Assembly (NCBI GenBank): GCA_965216465.1
Contig: CBDCFW010000005.1
Span: 690,816 to 754,815 of the forward strand
From: Bacteroidia bacterium
GTDB lineage: Bacteria; Bacteroidota; Bacteroidia; NS11-12g; UBA9320
Length of the DNA stretch: 64,000 nt
Direction: 5' to 3'
Below are positions 61,303-64,000 of the stretch, piece after piece (positions within the stretch are counted from its first letter, which is position 1; each line of letters opens with the position of its first letter). The notes beneath the pieces are model-generated. The model was given only the letters and a program-made list of their open reading frames with translations, was not told the DNA's origin and did not search any database. Position numbers and translations under genes: made by a program.

Positions 61303-62367
61303 ATGAAAACGAACAACAACACCTACGACCTACTTCTGCTATTTGATGATTTTATTCGTTACAACCGTCTCAACAAAAGAACGCTATCCGGCGGAAGAAA
61401 CTTAACCGCAGCTAGCAAGAACAACTACATTTATGTACGAAACCTTTTGGCTGACTTTTCCAAAAGCACCGGATTTGAGTTGCGGATTAAAGATTTATCG
61501 CGAAATAAAAGAACATTCAACCAAGAAAAGCGATACTACGAACGATTTTATTTAAAGTTTACAGACTACCTATTTAACGAGTGCAATCATTACGACAACT
61601 ATGTTGGGAACACGATCAAATTGCTCAAATCATTCTTCAATTGGGTAGTAAATAAGAAAGGAATTAATGCTGGAGGATTTTATAAGGATTTTTACCGCTG
61701 GAAAGAAGACATACAAATTGTTGCATTAAGTCCTGAACAACTAAATTTTTTAATCTTTAACGAAAATTTTGAAGAGCAATTAAATCCTAAGATGAAGTTC
61801 GTGAAAGACTTTTTTGTTTTTGGATGCACAACCGGATTGCGAATTAGTGATTTGAGATCAATTTCAGAAAACGACATTGAATATATCGGTAGAAAATGCT
61901 ATTTGCGGAAGGTCTCAAAGAAAACGCAGACCTTTACCCGAATCAAGCTTCCTGAATATGCAGTTAACATTGTTGAAAGAAGTGAATTTAAAAAAGGTAG
62001 ACTGTTTAATGAATTGAGTTTACACAACTTCAATAAGCACTTAAAAAACTTGATTGAACTAGCGGGTTGGGACTATGCTCATCCAAAAATTCGACACAAA
62101 CGCGGAAAGGCGGTAGAAGTTTTTAAGGATGATAAGCAGACTTCTTACCGCTTTTGTGATTTGATATCGTCACACACCATGCGAAGAACAGCAATAACAA
62201 CAATGTTAAACCTGGGTATGTCACATATCGATGTCAGAAGAATAAGTGGACATGCACCCAACAGTGCAGAGTTTTTTCGGTACGTAAAATTCAGCCAAGA
62301 AACCTTGGATTTAGAGTCGGATAAAGTGTTTCAAAAACTGAGTAAAAAACGGATGAAAAGACGCTGA
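61303..62367 (+). CDS. Tyrosine recombinase/integrase, no arm-binding domain
   Basis: GLRISD (R), SKKT (K), SHTMRR (HxxR), SGH, FRY (Y); 354 aa. Confidence 0.92.
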   Translation: MKTNNNTYDLLLLFDDFIRYNRLNKRTLSGGRNLTAASKNNYIYVRNLLADFSKSTGFELRIKDLSRNKRTFNQEKRYYERFYLKFTDYLFNECNHYDNYVGNTIKLLKSFFNWVVNKKGINAGGFYKDFYRWKEDIQIVALSPEQLNFLIFNENFEEQLNPKMKFVKDFFVFGCTTGLRISDLRSISENDIEYIGRKCYLRKVSKKTQTFTRIKLPEYAVNIVERSEFKKGRLFNELSLHNFNKHLKNLIELAGWDYAHPKIRHKRGKAVEVFKDDKQTSYRFCDLISSHTMRRTAITTMLNLGMSHIDVRRISGHAPNSAEFFRYVKFSQETLDLESDKVFQKLSKKRMKRR

Positions 62368-62451
62368 TTTTGCGCATTGCAGCACCCCGCAGTTGGACAT
62401 AAAACCTTAATTTACTGCACTTTACCAACATCTCATTACCATCCATTTGGG

Positions 62452-63960
62452 ATGCTGATTGAAGAACGGTCAATTTCTGGGGTGTCAAATGTGAGTAAAT
62501 TAACCCACTCTCCGAACCCTACTTACACCTTTGTAACTCAGTTACCGAATGGTGATATTCAGTGGACAAAACACGCTTGGAAAGGCGGCGGTGTATCGCA
62601 AGAAGTATACACTGAAAATTGTCGAGTAGTGTGGAACGATCCATTGGGTGTAGGCGGTACCCGAGCACATGCAGGACTATCGAGTCAAACCTATTCGTCC
62701 ATTTGGAATATAGAATATCGTATCACCACAGATGTATCTCAGACCAATTATGGGTATCGTGTAATTGGCGGTTCATCTGGCCTAACAGGAATAGCAGTAC
62801 AGGCTGGCGACCAAGCCGTTGTAGAACGATTGAATGGAATTATTTATCTTTACATCATCAGAGCCAACGGAACACGAATAGACATTGTAAATTTCGCAGA
62901 ATCCTATGCAGATATGCCTTTGCGAGCGGCATACTACTGTGATATTGCATCGGCAACCAACGTCCTCACCATGGATTTGGATTTCTATGGCCCCAATGGG
63001 TATCGATTTGGGTTTAATGGTTATGAAAATGAACCAAAAGTAGCTGGAGAAGGAAGTGTTATTGATTTTGGGGCTAGAATATATGACTCAAGGCTAGGAA
63101 GGTTTCATAGCACAGATCCGTATTTTAAGATGTTGCCAACATTCAGCACCTATGGTTATGCTATCAGTAATCCAGTATTGATGAAAGATGGAAATGGTAT
63201 GGGGCCCATACCATTTCGCTTTAAAGAATTTCTAAGCGATGATTCATATTATTTTACTGGTCTTCTAGCAGGAATCGGAGATGGCCTCGTTGAAAGCGTT
63301 GATATGATGCTTGGTGTAGTGGAAGCCAAAGATGCTTGGAATCCAACCGCAGGTCTATTTTATACTGCACGTGGTGCTGAGATTCGTGATCAACATATTG
63401 AATTTGGAAAACTTGCAATTAATTTAATGACTGACGAGGAACTCCAGAAGGAGGTTTATAACTCGCTAAAGACAGAATTTGGAGACTGGTGGGACGAAAC
63501 TACTTTTGACGGTACAACAGCAGAAGCGGGATATAATCATGGCAAGATAATCTTTGAAGGCGTTGCAGCAATTATTGGAGTATCTGAACTTAACTATTTA
63601 ATGAAGACTGGACAGTTCTCGGTCAGGGGCCTTGCTAAAATTGCCAGAGCTAGGTATCATAAGATTATAAGTACAATAGACGATGAGATTGTTGGATTGA
63701 AGACCCTTGAAGAAAAGGCTAGAAGAGCTTATGACATTAGACACGAAGCAAGAATCGTTTCAAGAGAAGCATCCGGAAGAATTAATAGTATAATTGCGAA
63801 AACGAGAGATATGATTAGATATGGGAAAACAGATGGTCCTTCATTTGACGATTTGTTTAAAAAGCATAAAGATAATGGTTTGTCAGATGATGAGGCATAT
63901 GAGAAAATCATAGAAAGTGCCAAGAAGACTAGCACAGTGTTTGACAAATTAGCGGAGTAA
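62452..63960 (+). CDS. Headless Rhs-associated core + C-terminal toxin module
   Basis: HYHPFG|M, YRFGFNGYE, DFGARIYDSRLGRFHSTDP, NPVLMKDGNG cleavage-type motif; no Rhs repeat body; start uncertain (TTG 62377 or ATG 62452). Confidence 0.85.
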   Translation: MLIEERSISGVSNVSKLTHSPNPTYTFVTQLPNGDIQWTKHAWKGGGVSQEVYTENCRVVWNDPLGVGGTRAHAGLSSQTYSSIWNIEYRITTDVSQTNYGYRVIGGSSGLTGIAVQAGDQAVVERLNGIIYLYIIRANGTRIDIVNFAESYADMPLRAAYYCDIASATNVLTMDLDFYGPNGYRFGFNGYENEPKVAGEGSVIDFGARIYDSRLGRFHSTDPYFKMLPTFSTYGYAISNPVLMKDGNGMGPIPFRFKEFLSDDSYYFTGLLAGIGDGLVESVDMMLGVVEAKDAWNPTAGLFYTARGAEIRDQHIEFGKLAINLMTDEELQKEVYNSLKTEFGDWWDETTFDGTTAEAGYNHGKIIFEGVAAIIGVSELNYLMKTGQFSVRGLAKIARARYHKIISTIDDEIVGLKTLEEKARRAYDIRHEARIVSREASGRINSIIAKTRDMIRYGKTDGPSFDDLFKKHKDNGLSDDEAYEKIIESAKKTSTVFDKLAE

Positions 63961-64000
63961 TGAAAATTGAAAGGCATTTTAACAGGTTAACTTTGCAACT
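63960..64000 (+). CDS. Start of a putative immunity protein (truncated by window edge)
   Basis: TAATG stop/start overlap; MKIERHFNRLTLQ... open to the edge. Confidence 0.5.
   Translation, partial: MKIERHFNRLTLQ

Noticed and set aside
53175-61322. Short ORFs 53175-53399, 53272-53499, 56006-56224, 60056-60265, 60172-60354 and 61134-61322 sharing peptides such as PPPIAFKPTPQ and FFRTFLEK
   Set aside because: They are translations of the non-coding repeat in inconsistent frames and strands.
61303-62367. Classical integron integrase (IntI) or XerC/D
   Set aside because: I do not see the IntI-specific signature or Xer motifs (e.g. HSFATH, LLGH), and the repeats lack clear RYYYAAC/GTTRRRY attC ends. 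Only an analogy is proposed.
61229-62402. Weak inverted match flanking the recombinase (TTAAGTCCGA vs reverse complement TTATGTCCAA)
   Set aside because: 8/10 identity in AT-rich DNA is compatible with chance; not reported as att sites.
109-63977. Numerous 60-195 aa ORFs antisense to or nested in long genes (e.g. 38039-38626, 28416-28787, 62619-62942)
   Set aside because: Shadow ORFs of well-supported genes, with no recognisable motifs.
1-64000. tRNA/rRNA genes or IS transposases
   Set aside because: None recognised by eye, including near the recombinase; a tRNAscan/Infernal run would be needed to exclude them fully.

Overview
AT-rich chromosomal segment of a Bacteroidota bacterium. The phylum call rests on many type IX secretion (T9SS) C-terminal sorting domains, TAnnTTTG -7 promoters and lipoproteins. 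The first ~51 kb is a patchwork of accessory genes. These include three two-component/AraC regulatory modules whose operator repeats can be read from the DNA, an AGPS-like/GlpD/DAG-kinase lipid operon, T9SS-secreted repeat proteins, an S74-chaperone fibre, SbtA with a LysR regulator and a TetR-ABC-HlyD-TolC exporter. Two genes are split by single-base indels. The last ~13 kb is different. Every large intergenic gap from 51.2 to 61.2 kb carries copies of a 100-155 bp structured repeat whose substitutions preserve base pairing, mixed with two small palindrome families. The array ends at an orphan Tdi1/DUF1851-like immunity gene and an arm-less tyrosine recombinase. Immediately after the recombinase is a headless Rhs C-terminal module that starts at the YxPFGM motif, has an extra domain inside the Rhs core, and ends in a toxin tip with a coupled putative immunity ORF. 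The best candidate new system is this recombinase/repeat/Rhs-tip locus, possibly a cassette-shuffling system. That interpretation is inference and the locus is cut by the window edge. All calls are by-eye motif recognition, without database searches.
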